Positions 20,112 to 30,930 of a DNA stretch of 64,000 nucleotides are shown here, one piece after another. A program made the translations under genes and the position numbers. The stretch is from Thermodesulfobacteriota bacterium. GTDB lineage: Bacteria > Desulfobacterota > Desulfarculia > JACQYL01. The number at the start of each line of letters is the position of its first letter. The stretch's first letter is position 1. The notes beneath the pieces are model-generated. The model saw only the letters and a program-made list of their open reading frames with translations, was not told the DNA's origin and made no database searches. Location of the stretch: NCBI GenBank assembly GCA_963675595.2, contig CAXXLZ010000002.1, forward strand, positions 1,312,001 to 1,376,000, written 5' to 3'.

Positions 20112-21221
20112 GTGAAAAAGAGAGTTCAACGTTCCTTAGTCCTCATCATGGGAGCTTTCCTCCTGGTTTCGACGGTATTTTACCTTCAAAACCGATTTTC
20201 CGCTCCCCAATTGCCCGTCGGCCTGATTCAAGCCGCTGGGCGCATCGAAGGAGATCGCGTCACCGTAGCCGCCAAATTCGCGGGGCGAATTGAACGCTTG
20301 TCGGCGTTCGAGGGTGACGAGGTGAAGAAAGACCAAGTCTTGGCGGAGATGGACGATTCCCAGGTTCAAGCCCGGTTGGCCCAGGCGGAGAAAGCGCTCG
20401 CTGCCTTGGAGGAAACCCGGAAGGCGGCCCAAACTCGGCTGGAGCTCCTCCGCAAAGAGGTCCCCCTTGCCGAGGAGCAGGCCCAGGCTGCGTTGAATCG
20501 GGCGGAAGCCGCCTTCAGGGAAGCGTCGGCCAGAGAGGAGCAGGCCCGGAGGGATGTACAAAGGTACCGCCAACTTTTTCAAAGAAACGTAGTCCCCAAA
20601 CAAGCCTTCGAGCAGGTGCAGCTGAGCTGGACCGTCGCGCGGTCTTCGGTGGATACCGCCGCCGCCGCACGAGAAGAGGCGGAGAAGCAACTGACGCTGG
20701 CCCGATTGGGCCCGGAACGAATCCAGGCCCAAGAAGATGAGCTCGCTTCCCTCGACGCCAAGATTCAACAAGCCGGAGCCGCCGTGGACGAGGCTTCGAG
20801 CGTGTCGGAAGACATGACGATTCTTGCTCCGTCCGACGGCACCATCATTACCCGAATGGCGGATGCGGGAGAAGTGCTCACCGCCGGGGGTCCTCTCTTC
20901 GAACTCGTCGACCTGGACCGACTTTACCTCAAAGTCTACGTACCGGAGATCCAAATCGGCAAGATTCGTTTGGGGCTTAAAGCGCGAGTCTTCACCGACG
21001 CTTTTCCCGACAGACATTTCGAGGCCGTGGTGCGAACCATTTCATCTCGAGCCGAATTCACGCCGAAAGAGGCGCAAACCAAAGACGAAAGAACCAAGCT
21101 CGTCTATTGGGTCAAGCTCTATCTGGATGAAAACCCGGATCATCTCCTCACTCCGGGCCTCCCCGCCGACGCGGTGATTCGATGGAAGGAAGAAGTTCCG
21201 TGGAGCAACCCGGTTTGGTGA
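20112..21221 (+). CDS. HlyD family secretion/periplasmic adaptor protein
   Basis: N-terminal TM, GRIEG...GRIERL..EGD lipoyl half, coiled coil and AEFTPK motif. Confidence 0.92.
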   Translation: MKKRVQRSLVLIMGAFLLVSTVFYLQNRFSAPQLPVGLIQAAGRIEGDRVTVAAKFAGRIERLSAFEGDEVKKDQVLAEMDDSQVQARLAQAEKALAALEETRKAAQTRLELLRKEVPLAEEQAQAALNRAEAAFREASAREEQARRDVQRYRQLFQRNVVPKQAFEQVQLSWTVARSSVDTAAAAREEAEKQLTLARLGPERIQAQEDELASLDAKIQQAGAAVDEASSVSEDMTILAPSDGTIITRMADAGEVLTAGGPLFELVDLDRLYLKVYVPEIQIGKIRLGLKARVFTDAFPDRHFEAVVRTISSRAEFTPKEAQTKDERTKLVYWVKLYLDENPDHLLTPGLPADAVIRWKEEVPWSNPVW

Positions 21222-23179
21222 ATGACCGGGACCCGAGCATCCTGGTCCATGTATCGGGGTTCACCAAGTCCTACGGAGATTCCCGAGCCTGCAGCGACGT
21301 GTCCCTGCGGGTTCGGAAGGGGGAAATCTTCGGGCTCATCGGACCGGACGGATCCGGGAAGAGCACTCTCCTCAATGCGATCTCCGGCATACTGGCCTAC
21401 GATACGGGTGTCGTCGAAGTATTCAACACACCCATGGATTCCGAAAAAAACGCCCAATTCGTCAAACATCGTTTAGGCTACATGCCTCAAGGCTTGGGGC
21501 AAAATCTCTATTCCGACCTTTCCGTGGACGAAAACATCGAATTCTTCGCCGGCCTCAACCGCCTGACGCCGGAACAACTTCGGGATCGACGCGAAGAACT
21601 TCTCAAGCTCACCCGCCTCATTCGTTTTCGCCGCCGTCCCATGAAGCGGCTCTCCGGAGGAATGAAGCAGAAACTCGGTTTGATCTGCACTCTGATGCAT
21701 CAACCGGAACTGCTTCTCCTGGACGAGCCCACCACGGGAGTGGACCCCGTGTCACGTAGAGATTTCTGGTCCATCCTCGCCCGGCTGCTCCGGGTCGGAG
21801 GCGCCACGGCCATTGTGTCCACCGCCTACCTCGATGAAGCCTCCCGCTTCAACCGCCTCGCCCTGCTGTTCCAAGGACGCATCATCGCGCACGGCGCCCC
21901 GGAAACCATTCGACAATCCATTCCCGGCACTTTGGTCACCGTGGATACACGGTTGCAGCATCAAGCGTTCGGAAGGATCGCGAGCCGCTTTCCCCTGACC
22001 GAGGCCCGAGGCCCCCGGATTCGGGCTTTCGTTAAGAACACCGGAGAACGTGAAGCGTTGGACGAGGTCCGCTCCCTCGTGGAATCCCTGCCCGTGGACG
22101 AAATCCGGGCGGACCAACCCGAGCTTGAAGACGTGTTCATCGCACTCCTCCAGGAAAAGGAATTGGTTTCCCCGTCCGCACCGGCGCCGCAGACTTCGCG
22201 GAAACACGAATCCGACCACACCGTCGAGGGTACGGCCATCGAGGCGGAAGGGCTCATCAAGGACTTCGGCGACTTTCGAGCCGTCAACGACGTGGGCTTC
22301 CGAATATCCCGGGGGGAAATCTTCGGGCTGCTGGGCGCCAACGGTGCGGGCAAGACCACGCTGATCAAAATGCTCGTGGGTATTCTACCGCCTTCTCGAG
22401 GTTCGGTACGTCTCGGCGGAAAGGACCTGGGCGCACAAGGCCGCGATGCAAGGCTCAAGATCGGTTATATGTCTCAGATATTCTCCCTCTACGGCGACCT
22501 CAGCGTTGTTGAAAACATCCGTCTCTACGCGGGAGTTTACGGTCTCTCAAAATCCGATACGAAAGAGCGGCTTCAGTGGGTGCTGGAAATGGCGGACCTC
22601 GAAAGTCACCGGGACCGCCTGACGGAGTATCTGCCTGTGGGGCTGCGTCAACGTCTGGCCCTTGGCTGCGCTTTGGTGCACGGTCCTGAAGTTCTGTTTC
22701 TGGACGAACCCACGTCCGGAGTGGACCCTCTGGGAAGACGCCGTTTCTGGGAACTGCTTTTCAGGCTGTCTCGGGAAGAAAAGGTCTCCGTGCTCATTAC
22801 CACGCATTACATGAGCGAAGCCGAGTATTGCGATCATTTGGTGTTGATGTACGAAGGCGGTGTAGCGGCCGATTCCACGCCGTCGGAAATGAAGAAACGA
22901 TTGGAGAAAGAGGCCGGAAGCCTGATCGAGATCACGGCTTCGCCCCCTTTGGATGCATTGGAGGTGCTCGAGAAAGCCGGTTTCAGAGGAGCGGCCCTGC
23001 ATGGAGAACGGATCCATGTGCTCGCACACGATCCGAAAGCGGCCGAGGAACGGATCCGCCGATCCCTCCGAAACGCCGACTTTGCCGTAACCGACGTGAA
23101 ACCATGTCCGGTTTCCATGGAAGACGTATTCGTTTACCGCGTTTCCGCCATGGAAAAACGAGAGGAGACCAACCTCTGA
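21218..23179 (+). CDS. ABC transporter ATP-binding protein with two NBDs (YbhF/RbbA-like)
   Basis: Two Walker A motifs (GPDGSGKS, GANGAGKT), LSGGMKQ and DEPT twice. GTG start overlaps the upstream TGA. Confidence 0.93.
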   Translation: MNDRDPSILVHVSGFTKSYGDSRACSDVSLRVRKGEIFGLIGPDGSGKSTLLNAISGILAYDTGVVEVFNTPMDSEKNAQFVKHRLGYMPQGLGQNLYSDLSVDENIEFFAGLNRLTPEQLRDRREELLKLTRLIRFRRRPMKRLSGGMKQKLGLICTLMHQPELLLLDEPTTGVDPVSRRDFWSILARLLRVGGATAIVSTAYLDEASRFNRLALLFQGRIIAHGAPETIRQSIPGTLVTVDTRLQHQAFGRIASRFPLTEARGPRIRAFVKNTGEREALDEVRSLVESLPVDEIRADQPELEDVFIALLQEKELVSPSAPAPQTSRKHESDHTVEGTAIEAEGLIKDFGDFRAVNDVGFRISRGEIFGLLGANGAGKTTLIKMLVGILPPSRGSVRLGGKDLGAQGRDARLKIGYMSQIFSLYGDLSVVENIRLYAGVYGLSKSDTKERLQWVLEMADLESHRDRLTEYLPVGLRQRLALGCALVHGPEVLFLDEPTSGVDPLGRRRFWELLFRLSREEKVSVLITTHYMSEAEYCDHLVLMYEGGVAADSTPSEMKKRLEKEAGSLIEITASPPLDALEVLEKAGFRGAALHGERIHVLAHDPKAAEERIRRSLRNADFAVTDVKPCPVSMEDVFVYRVSAMEKREETNL

Positions 23180-24333
23180 TGCGCCTCGACCGGATTCTCA
23201 CCATCCTCATCAAAGAACGACGCACCATTCTACGCGATCGGCTGTTCTTCCTGCTGGCGTTCCTCGTTCCGGCCATGCTCCTCCTGGCCTTTGGGTTCGG
23301 CCTCTCTCTGGACGTAAGCGAAGTCCCCCTGGTAATTTGCGATTATGACGCAAGCCCCATGAGCAGAGAATATTCCTATCGCTTCATCAGTTCTCCCTAT
23401 TTCGGGTTTCAGGGCTCTCTCAAGGATGAAAGAGAAATCCAACGACTGCTGTCGGACAATCGAATCCGGGCGGCCCTGATCATCCGTGACGGGTTTCAGG
23501 AACGCATTCTCGAAGGCCGATCCGAAGCGGTCCAGGTGCTCATCGACGGCACCTTCCCTTATCGCGCACAGACCGTGAAAGAATATGTAAACGGCATCAA
23601 TCACGACTATTCACTGGAAATTCTGGCCGGACACCTGTCGAGAACCAGAGGGATTCCACCCGAACGCGCCCTGGAAATCCTGAACCCAGTCACTCCCGAG
23701 ATACGTTACCTCTACAACCAGAGCCTCAACGACGACTGGTCCCTGCCGCCCAAATGGATCATGGTCATCATGATCATTTGCTCTCCGCTGCTTACGGCCC
23801 TCGGCGTAGTCCGGGAGAAAGAAAGCGGGGCCATCTACAATATCTACGCCTCCACCGTGACCCGGCTGGAATATCTCGTGGGCAAACTGCTTCCCTACCT
23901 GATCATCACCTTCATAAATTCCCTGATTCTCTGGTTCCTCACCCTAATCCTGTTCGGCGCCCCCTTCAAGGGAAGTCCCGTTCTTTTCATGGGGGTTTCC
24001 CTGATCTATGCGGCCTGCACCACGGGAATCGGGTTGATCGTTTCCATCCTGGTGAGAACCCAGGTGGCCGCGTCCCTGGTCACGTTCATCGTGACCGTGC
24101 TTCCCGCCATGCTCTACTCCGGCATCTTTATTCCCATTCATTCCCTGGGTCCGGGCGCCCGCTTTGTCGCAGCCGTACTCCCGGCCATGTATTATACGAA
24201 TGTCATTTCCGGCTGTTTTCTCAAGGGAGTCGGGTTGGAGGTTCTCTGGTGGGATGTCCTGGTGCTGGCCGCATACGCGGCCGGACTCCTCACCCTGGGG
24301 TACCTGATGTTCAGGAAAAGGCTGAGCCGATGA
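23179..24333 (+). CDS. ABC-2 transporter permease (YbhS-like)
   Basis: VVREKESG motif and multiple TM segments. TGATG overlap with the upstream gene. Confidence 0.9.
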   Translation: MRLDRILTILIKERRTILRDRLFFLLAFLVPAMLLLAFGFGLSLDVSEVPLVICDYDASPMSREYSYRFISSPYFGFQGSLKDEREIQRLLSDNRIRAALIIRDGFQERILEGRSEAVQVLIDGTFPYRAQTVKEYVNGINHDYSLEILAGHLSRTRGIPPERALEILNPVTPEIRYLYNQSLNDDWSLPPKWIMVIMIICSPLLTALGVVREKESGAIYNIYASTVTRLEYLVGKLLPYLIITFINSLILWFLTLILFGAPFKGSPVLFMGVSLIYAACTTGIGLIVSILVRTQVAASLVTFIVTVLPAMLYSGIFIPIHSLGPGARFVAAVLPAMYYTNVISGCFLKGVGLEVLWWDVLVLAAYAAGLLTLGYLMFRKRLSR

Positions 24334-25502
24334 AACGGGCTCCGAACACCGCGGCACCCGGTCCGGCGTTTACCTGGTGGCTCCGAATCCGGGTCATGAC
24401 CGTCAAAGAACTCCTGCAACTCTCGAGAGACGCGGTTCTCATCGTGTTCTTCATTTACGGTTTCACACTGGACGTCTATCTGGCCGGATCCGGCGTCAGC
24501 CTCGAGCTGACCAAAGCGGCCGTCACCGTTATGGATTTCGATCGTACGCCCGCATCGAGGGAACTCGCCTATCGCTTTCGTCCCCCCACCTTCGACGTCG
24601 ACTATTCGAGTACGCTCCAAACCGATGCAAACGACCTTCTGGACCGGGGAGAAGCCATGGTCGTCTTGGACATCCCTTCACGGTTCCAGGAGAAATTGAT
24701 CACCGGCGAGCACACTTCGGTGCAGATTCAAGTGGACGCAGTCAATTCGGCGCTGGGCCTGTCCGCGGCAAGTTACGGTTCCCACATCGTGAAGGAGTTC
24801 GGTTTGGAGCAGGGGCTCCGCCGCCTGGGGTTGTCTTCCTCCCCTGATGCCGTGCCCGGAGTGAAATCCGAATATCGAGTTTGGTTCAATCCCGACTATA
24901 ACAACGCCTGGTTCATGTCCATTGCGGAACTCCTCAACATTATCACCCTCCTTGCCATGCTGCTCCCCGCCATGGCCATGGTCAGGGAAAAGGAACGGGG
25001 CACCCTGGAGCAACTCCTTGTGTCACCCCTCAGCCCGTTTCAGATCATGTTCCCCAAAGTGCTGGCCATGGCTTTCGTCATCCTTCTGGGGACGGCCGTC
25101 AATCTTTTCTGTATTCTCGGCCCCGTGTTTCACGTGCCCATGAGAGGCAGTCTCACATTGTTTTTCCTGGTTACGGCCCTCTATGTGTTCGCCACCTCGG
25201 GACTCGGCCTGTTCATCTCCACTGTGTCCAAAAGCCTGGGGCAGGCCGGTCTTTTCACCATCGTCATCTACGGCCCCATGGTGTTTCTCTCCGGGGCCTG
25301 GACGCCTGCGGAAGCCATGCCTCCACTGATGCGCCCCATGATGTACGTCTCCCCCCTGGCGCATTACATCGACGTCAGCCTGGGCATATTGCTGAAAGGG
25401 GCCGGAATCGGTTTGCTGTGGGATTCCATATCGGCCATCGCGGTGATCGGCGGAATCTTGTTCGGTCTGGGGATGTGGCGTTTGCGGAGGCAGTTCCGAT
25501 GA
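24330..25502 (+). CDS. ABC-2 transporter permease (YbhR/YhhJ-like)
   Basis: MVREKERGTLEQLLVSP motif. ATGA overlap with the upstream gene. Confidence 0.9.
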   Translation: MKRAPNTAAPGPAFTWWLRIRVMTVKELLQLSRDAVLIVFFIYGFTLDVYLAGSGVSLELTKAAVTVMDFDRTPASRELAYRFRPPTFDVDYSSTLQTDANDLLDRGEAMVVLDIPSRFQEKLITGEHTSVQIQVDAVNSALGLSAASYGSHIVKEFGLEQGLRRLGLSSSPDAVPGVKSEYRVWFNPDYNNAWFMSIAELLNIITLLAMLLPAMAMVREKERGTLEQLLVSPLSPFQIMFPKVLAMAFVILLGTAVNLFCILGPVFHVPMRGSLTLFFLVTALYVFATSGLGLFISTVSKSLGQAGLFTIVIYGPMVFLSGAWTPAEAMPPLMRPMMYVSPLAHYIDVSLGILLKGAGIGLLWDSISAIAVIGGILFGLGMWRLRRQFR

Positions 25503-25606
25503 TGAAGCGGAAGGTTTCCCGTAATGAAGGAGGGTGAGTTTAAAACTTTCGGAAAGTCTTTTTAAAAGTCGGACTTAACGGTCCCTTGAAAAAGCCGGAT
25601 TATCGC

Positions 25607-25704
25607 ACGCCGCCGAAAAACGATGGGAAGCAAAGCGCACAAAGAAGCACGTCGAGTGGCGAAGGATGAAGTGCAACGCGGCGGATCGCGTTTTTCGGCG
25701 GCCT
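25607..25704. repeat. MITE-like repeat family A, internally shortened copy
   Basis: Ends GCCGCCGAAAAACG...CGTTTTTCGGCGGC. Core GGATGAAG(T/C)GCAACGC shared with 36835-36956 and 62237-62356. Confidence 0.65.
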
Positions 25705-26044
25705 CATAATGAAGCAATCCCCCGGTTGGATCAACCAACCCGAGGGATCACCGCCTGAAACCAGGACCATTACCCAACCCTTCATGCCGTTAATTTCCCG
25801 GTCTGCCCTACGCTCTATTGCGAAAGGTTACCTACGGAAAGATGCACGTACATTTGAGTCGGAGACATGATCCGCAATCTTGATCGTTAATCTAACAAAC
25901 GTCGGACTAACCGGGAATCCGGTGAAACCTGTATTTTCGGCCAAGACTTCCTAGGGAATCTCAGTAACACTACCGGATATCCCTACGGCGATAATGGCAT
26001 CAGGCGAGGGGCGGTTTGATTGCGGCTCGCCGTCACTACGTCGC

Positions 26045-27556
26045 TCAATTGGCGGACGAGAATCCATGGCAGCGAGAACAGTCGAATCTTCTGGTATGAA
26101 TACGATGCACGTCCGTGAAGACTCCGTGTTCCAAATCATCTGATTCGTCCTCATGGCAGGCGACACAGAGAGGCTTGCCGTTGTACTCCGTTTTGGGAGT
26201 GTAACCCAACGAGTCGAAGTCCAGCCGGGTTCCTCCGTAATGGCAGTTGGAGCATGTCAGCGCTCGTTCCTTGGGCGCCACCTCGTGAAACAACCCCATG
26301 TACCGCTCCGTTTCAACGTACTCATGACCGTTGTATTGCCATCCCACGGCGCCTACGCCTTCCTCCACGGCGCGATCAACGTCTCCCGTCTGAAAGAAGA
26401 TGCCGATCTTGAGAGGCAGCAGCCTGCGGGAAACGGGATCCATGGGCTGCGTCGCTTGATGACGCTTGAACGCATGAATTTTGGCTCCGACATCCTGTAT
26501 GGACCCTTCCGGGACGGCCATCTCCACACGCCCTCCAGGGCCCGCCTCCGCAGGTTCCCCGAAGATGTAGAATCGAGACAACCCATTGGAGAATCGGTAA
26601 ACCGGAGTGACCCCTTTCATCATTTCCATGTGAGGCTCATAAAGGCCGGTCGACGGATGCAACACTCCGGGCAAATCCCACCTGCGGTCCATATCGGTGG
26701 CGGTTTCCCGGGCGAACTCGGGTATGTGACACACGGTACAGTCGACTCGCGCGGTGTGCTTGTCGATATCCCACCGTTGGTGAGGTGCGTCCGAATGACA
26801 TTCCGTGCACCCGACCTGCCGGTCCGAATCCCGAGGCCGCAGGTCGGTACCTCGGCCGGCGATGCGATGATCCCGGGTCACATGGCAATCCGTGCACGAA
26901 AGCCCCGCGCCCCCCGCTGCGGTGGACGCCAGATGCACGTCCAAGTCCCTGGATGCGGTGCGGGACCCCTCCGACAAGTCGCCTCGTTTGAAGTTGTCTC
27001 CCCCTCCCGCCTTGGTGTGGCAATTCAAACAGGAATCATTGGTGGGCCGAGTAATGTGCCGAGCCGCTTCCAGCAGAGAGACGCTCATCCGTTCGGTATC
27101 CGGCACGAATCGCAAGGATCCGTCCACCCAGCCGGTCTTTCTCTTGTAGGAGTCGGAGTGACAAATGAGACAATCAATGTTTTCCAGTTGCGCCTGAGTG
27201 GGTGAGGCATCGGGTTTTTCGCCGAGACCGGGGTGGCATTTGGCGCAGCCGCCGTCCACGGTTTGGCCGGACACGTTGGTAAGCCGGCCGATCCAATTGA
27301 TATCCGGATAGATGCAGAAGTCGTTGATCCCTCCGAGCTTTCCCGCCGGGCCTTGAGGTAGGTTCACCGCCTCGGACGCGTCCCCTTTCCATTGATAATG
27401 CACCGAGGCATGGACGTCCGCGGCCTCGGCCGCATGACAGGCGAGACAGGTCTTGGTGCCTTCGAAATTCTCCACAAGAGACACGTGATCGGTATGGGTC
27501 GCCGTATCGGTGAACAAAAGGAAATACAGCGCCGCCAACAGGGCTGGTTTGGTCAT
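26045..27556 (-). CDS. Multiheme cytochrome c with 10 CxxCH motifs, octaheme tetrathionate reductase-like
   Basis: CLACH, CAKCH, CLICH, CLNCH, CTDCH, CTECH, CTVCH, CSNCH, CVACH and CSRCH. INDFC, KRGDL and DVH motifs as in OTR. Signal peptide from ATG 27556. Confidence 0.85.
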   Translation of the reverse strand: MTKPALLAALYFLLFTDTATHTDHVSLVENFEGTKTCLACHAAEAADVHASVHYQWKGDASEAVNLPQGPAGKLGGINDFCIYPDINWIGRLTNVSGQTVDGGCAKCHPGLGEKPDASPTQAQLENIDCLICHSDSYKRKTGWVDGSLRFVPDTERMSVSLLEAARHITRPTNDSCLNCHTKAGGGDNFKRGDLSEGSRTASRDLDVHLASTAAGGAGLSCTDCHVTRDHRIAGRGTDLRPRDSDRQVGCTECHSDAPHQRWDIDKHTARVDCTVCHIPEFARETATDMDRRWDLPGVLHPSTGLYEPHMEMMKGVTPVYRFSNGLSRFYIFGEPAEAGPGGRVEMAVPEGSIQDVGAKIHAFKRHQATQPMDPVSRRLLPLKIGIFFQTGDVDRAVEEGVGAVGWQYNGHEYVETERYMGLFHEVAPKERALTCSNCHYGGTRLDFDSLGYTPKTEYNGKPLCVACHEDESDDLEHGVFTDVHRIHTRRFDCSRCHGFSSAN

Positions 27557-27920
27557 GAGGGGTTCCTCTGGAGAAGGAGTACCTGGCCGGGTATTGTCCG
27601 AATCTCCTTGCTCCGACTGAGGAGGGAATCTTCCGAACGGAAGATTCCCGGGCGATTCGGACACATACTCGATTCCGCGTCTTGGCGTAATTTTTTCTAA
27701 ATTTAATTTTGTCTATCCGCAATGTCAAGCGGTCACCCTCCCATCATGCGCTCCTACGCGAAACCCGGCGCAAGAATGGGGCATTCAACCGATTCCCCGC
27801 CATCCCTTCCTACGGTAGGATTCCCGCTGTTCCTCTTCATGAGTTCTCTGATACACTGGACGGAAATCGTCCGGACAGACCGGCCCGAAGCCATCACTTC
27901 CCTTGATAACGGAGGCCCCC

Positions 27921-28622
27921 ATGCGGCAAAGAACCCTCGTCTGTATGCTGATATCGTTTGCTTTTCTTCTTCCTTACGTCTCGGGCGCCTACGCCCAAAC
28001 GTCCAAGTCCGACACGGCGGATCGCGTTCGTGAGGCCGTGTTGGTGCTCAAGGAGTTCCAGCAGAGTCCGGACCGGGAGGCCGCAGCCGGATTGATTCGG
28101 CGTTCCGCAGCCGTGGCCGTGTTTCCGTCGGTGTACAAGGGCGCGATTATCGTGGGGGCCCAGTTCGGCCGAGGACTGGTGTGCGCTTACGACAAGGAGA
28201 CCGGCGTGTGGAGCGCCCCCGCGTTTTTCACCTTGGGGGGCGGCAGCATCGGTTACCAGATCGGAGGACAGTCCGCCGACCTGATCCTGGTCATCACCAA
28301 CGAGCGGGGGCTCCGATCTCTGCTCAAAGGAAAGTTCACGTTGGGAGCGGACGCCTCCGTGGCGGCCGGACCCGTGGGCAGAACCGCCCAGGCGGACACG
28401 GACGTTCTTCTCAAGGCCGAGATCTACTCCTATTCAAGAACGCGCGGCGCTTTCGCCGGGGTCAGCCTTAAAGGAGCGGTGATCGCCTCGGATGATGAAG
28501 CCAACCGGGCCCACTACGGCAAGACGTTGTTCGCATCCGACATCCTCCTGGACCGCAAGGTCCTGCCCGAAGAGCAGGATATGGAGCTCATCCGGACGCT
28601 CAACACCTTCATGACGCCGTAA
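27921..28622 (+). CDS. Lipid-binding SYLF (Ysc84) domain protein
   Basis: WSAPAF...GGSIGYQIGGQ..D, LGADASVAAGPVGR and YSYSRTRGAFAGVSL. Signal peptide present. Confidence 0.92.
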   Translation: MRQRTLVCMLISFAFLLPYVSGAYAQTSKSDTADRVREAVLVLKEFQQSPDREAAAGLIRRSAAVAVFPSVYKGAIIVGAQFGRGLVCAYDKETGVWSAPAFFTLGGGSIGYQIGGQSADLILVITNERGLRSLLKGKFTLGADASVAAGPVGRTAQADTDVLLKAEIYSYSRTRGAFAGVSLKGAVIASDDEANRAHYGKTLFASDILLDRKVLPEEQDMELIRTLNTFMTP

Positions 28623-28716
28623 CGCTTCCGTGCCGCCTCACGGCGTCCCGGAGAGGCCGAAAGCCGGTCCGGTTCCGCACCCTTTGTCTTGAACCCATTA
28701 CGCGAGGTAACGGCCC

Positions 28717-29841
28717 ATGTTCGGCCGACGTATTCGATTATTCGAGATTTTCGGCTTCGAGGTTAAACTCGACGCGAGTTGGATCATCATCGCCGTGCTG
28801 GTGGCCTGGTCCCTGTCCATGGGCTTCTTCCCCAGCAGGTTTGCCAACCTATCCCCGAGCGCCTACTGGTTCATGGGAGTGTTGGGCGTTCTGGGCCTTT
28901 TCGCCTCCATTATCGCCCACGAAATGGTTCACTCCCTCGTAGCCCGCAGGTTCGGTATTCCCATGCGGGGAATCACGCTCTTCATGTTCGGGGGCGTGGC
29001 CGAGATGAGCGCAGAGCCTCCCAGCGCCAAAGCCGAGTTTCTCATGGCCGCCGCGGGCCCTCTGACCAGCTTCCTCCTCGCCCTTGTGCTGCTGGCGTTC
29101 TACAAAGCGGTCGGCCGATTCCTGCCGATACCCGTGGCCGGCGTCATCCGATACTTGGCCATGATCAACGGAATTCTGGCCGTGTTCAATCTGGTGCCCG
29201 CTTTCCCTCTGGACGGGGGACGAATGCTGCGCGCCGTGCTCTGGGGCGTCAAGAAGAATCTTCGGTGGGCCACGCGCATCGCGTCACGCGTGGGAGAAGG
29301 CTTCGGCCTGGCCCTCATCATCCTCGGCGTCGTTCAGTTCGTCTCCGGTAATTTCATGGGAGGCATGTGGTGGTTCCTCATCGGCCTGTTTGTGCGCAGC
29401 GCGGCTTCCTCTTCCTACCGGCAGTTGATCGCGCGAAAAGCCCTTCAAGGAGAGACCGTCCAACGCTTCATGAATCCGCATCCCGTGACCGTACCTCCCC
29501 GGATCACCCTGGAACAATTGGTCCGGGATTACATCTATCGATATCATTTCAAGATGTTTCCGGTCATCGAGGGAGACCGCCTGGTGGGCTGCATCTCCAC
29601 CAAACAGCTTAAAGCGGTGCCGGAAGAAGAGTGGGGGCGCAAAACCGTGAGCGAAACGATCACGTCCTGTTCCCTGGAGAACTCCATCGCTCCCGACGCA
29701 GACGCCGTGACCGCCCTGTCCCAAATGAACCGCTACGGCTTGAGCCGCCTCATGGTGGTCCGGGGTGAAGAGCTCGAAGGAATCATCGCCCTGAAGGATT
29801 TGCTGGAATTCCTCTCCCTCAAGGTGGAACTGGAAAACTGA
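28717..29841 (+). CDS. Site-2 protease (M50) with a CBS domain pair
   Basis: HEMVH, AGP and FNLVPAFPLDGGR motifs followed by C-terminal CBS domains. Confidence 0.93.
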   Translation: MFGRRIRLFEIFGFEVKLDASWIIIAVLVAWSLSMGFFPSRFANLSPSAYWFMGVLGVLGLFASIIAHEMVHSLVARRFGIPMRGITLFMFGGVAEMSAEPPSAKAEFLMAAAGPLTSFLLALVLLAFYKAVGRFLPIPVAGVIRYLAMINGILAVFNLVPAFPLDGGRMLRAVLWGVKKNLRWATRIASRVGEGFGLALIILGVVQFVSGNFMGGMWWFLIGLFVRSAASSSYRQLIARKALQGETVQRFMNPHPVTVPPRITLEQLVRDYIYRYHFKMFPVIEGDRLVGCISTKQLKAVPEEEWGRKTVSETITSCSLENSIAPDADAVTALSQMNRYGLSRLMVVRGEELEGIIALKDLLEFLSLKVELEN

Positions 29842-29930
29842 TTGGCGGGCATTCAGAAGGGTGTCCGAGGGGACCCTCTCTGGAAAAAGAGTCCCCTCGG
29901 GTTCCTGCCAAAGACTTTCGGCATCTTACC

Positions 29931-30025
29931 ATGTTGGACGGCGCCTGCTGCTCGTTTTGCGAATCGCGTACGCGATTCGCAAAAGCGCAACGGGGGTCCG
30001 GGGGGAGCCATGGGTCCCCCGGCGG
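29931..30025 (+). repeat. REP-like palindromic repeat family P
   Basis: Palindrome TTTTGCGAATCGCGTACGCGATTCGCAAAA followed by the GGGGGTCCGGGGGG..TCCCCCGG hairpin. Copies at 30794-30930, 52512-52645 (reverse) and 62512-62610. Confidence 0.85.
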
Positions 30026-30046
30026 CACACCCCGTGAACAGGTGTC

Positions 30047-30358
30047 CTACTTCTTCGCCTCCAATTCAGCGATCATCTCATCAACTTCTTCGTATCCGTT
30101 CTGGTAGAACTTTTCTTCCTCCGGATCCAGCGCCTTCAACAAGCGCAGAAATTCTCCGGCGTGCTCCCTCTCCTCATCGGCGATATCGGTCAGGACCATC
30201 TTGGCCAGCTCGTGGTCCGTGGATTCCGCAGCCTGCATGTAAAGCTGGATCGCTTCGTATTCGGCGGCGATCATGTATCGAATCACCCGGATCAGCTCCG
30301 GCTGCGTCAGCTTGCGGTCATTGGCAAGCCCCGAAAAGGGGTTGGCGAATTCCGGCAT
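30047..30358 (-). CDS. Ferritin-like/rubrerythrin family small protein
   Basis: MPEFANPF...IAAEYEAIQLY...DIADEEREHAGEF with di-iron ExxH motif. AAGGAG RBS. Confidence 0.88.
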   Translation of the reverse strand: MPEFANPFSGLANDRKLTQPELIRVIRYMIAAEYEAIQLYMQAAESTDHELAKMVLTDIADEEREHAGEFLRLLKALDPEEEKFYQNGYEEVDEMIAELEAKK

Positions 30359-30793
30359 GGATTGTTTCTCCTTTCTCTCTCTGGAGGTGCAAAAGAAGTT
30401 GCCCCGCCCGCGATCCGCAAGCCCATCCCAAGGGATGGAAAGCGGCCCGTCTGCGGGGTGAACCATTGCGCGTTTGGTTTGTTGCCGCGTTTCCCCAAAG
30501 GTATTCGGTCGGTTTTCCTTCGACCCTCTCGCGGGCGACGCCGAGCAGGAACCCGCCCTTCCTCCGCAACCCGTCTGCAAGTCGAAAAAACAACCGTTTC
30601 GCACCTTCAAGAAGTCCTTACTATACAGAAAACTTGAGAAAGAAACCACCCGGTCGAGAATCGACGGCAACAGCCCTTTGAAGGAGTCCGGTTAAGGCTG
30701 AGCGTCGAAAAACAGTCATCGTTCACCGGGGAACGATATCACCCCGGCCACCCTGATGCGGGCTCATTCCCAATAACTTTCAAGTATTTTAAT

Positions 30794-30930
30794 ATGTTGG
30801 GCTGAACATACCGCTCGTTTTGCGAATCGCGTGCGCGATTCGCAGAAGCGCAATGGGGGTCCGGGGGGCCATGGGTCCCCCGGCAGGGGGGTGCAGGGGG
30901 ACAGTGTCCCCCTGCGGCGCACCCCGTGAA
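30794..30930 (+). repeat. REP-like palindromic repeat family P, long copy ending CCCCGTGAA
   Basis: Near-identical to 29931-30025 with an extra GCAGGGGG..CCCCTGC hairpin. Confidence 0.85.

Noticed and set aside
29842-30681. ORFs spanning repeat-filled intergenic regions (also 42844-43515, 51864-52631, 62277-62892)
   Set aside because: The translations derive from palindromic repeats and are low-complexity with no family motifs.
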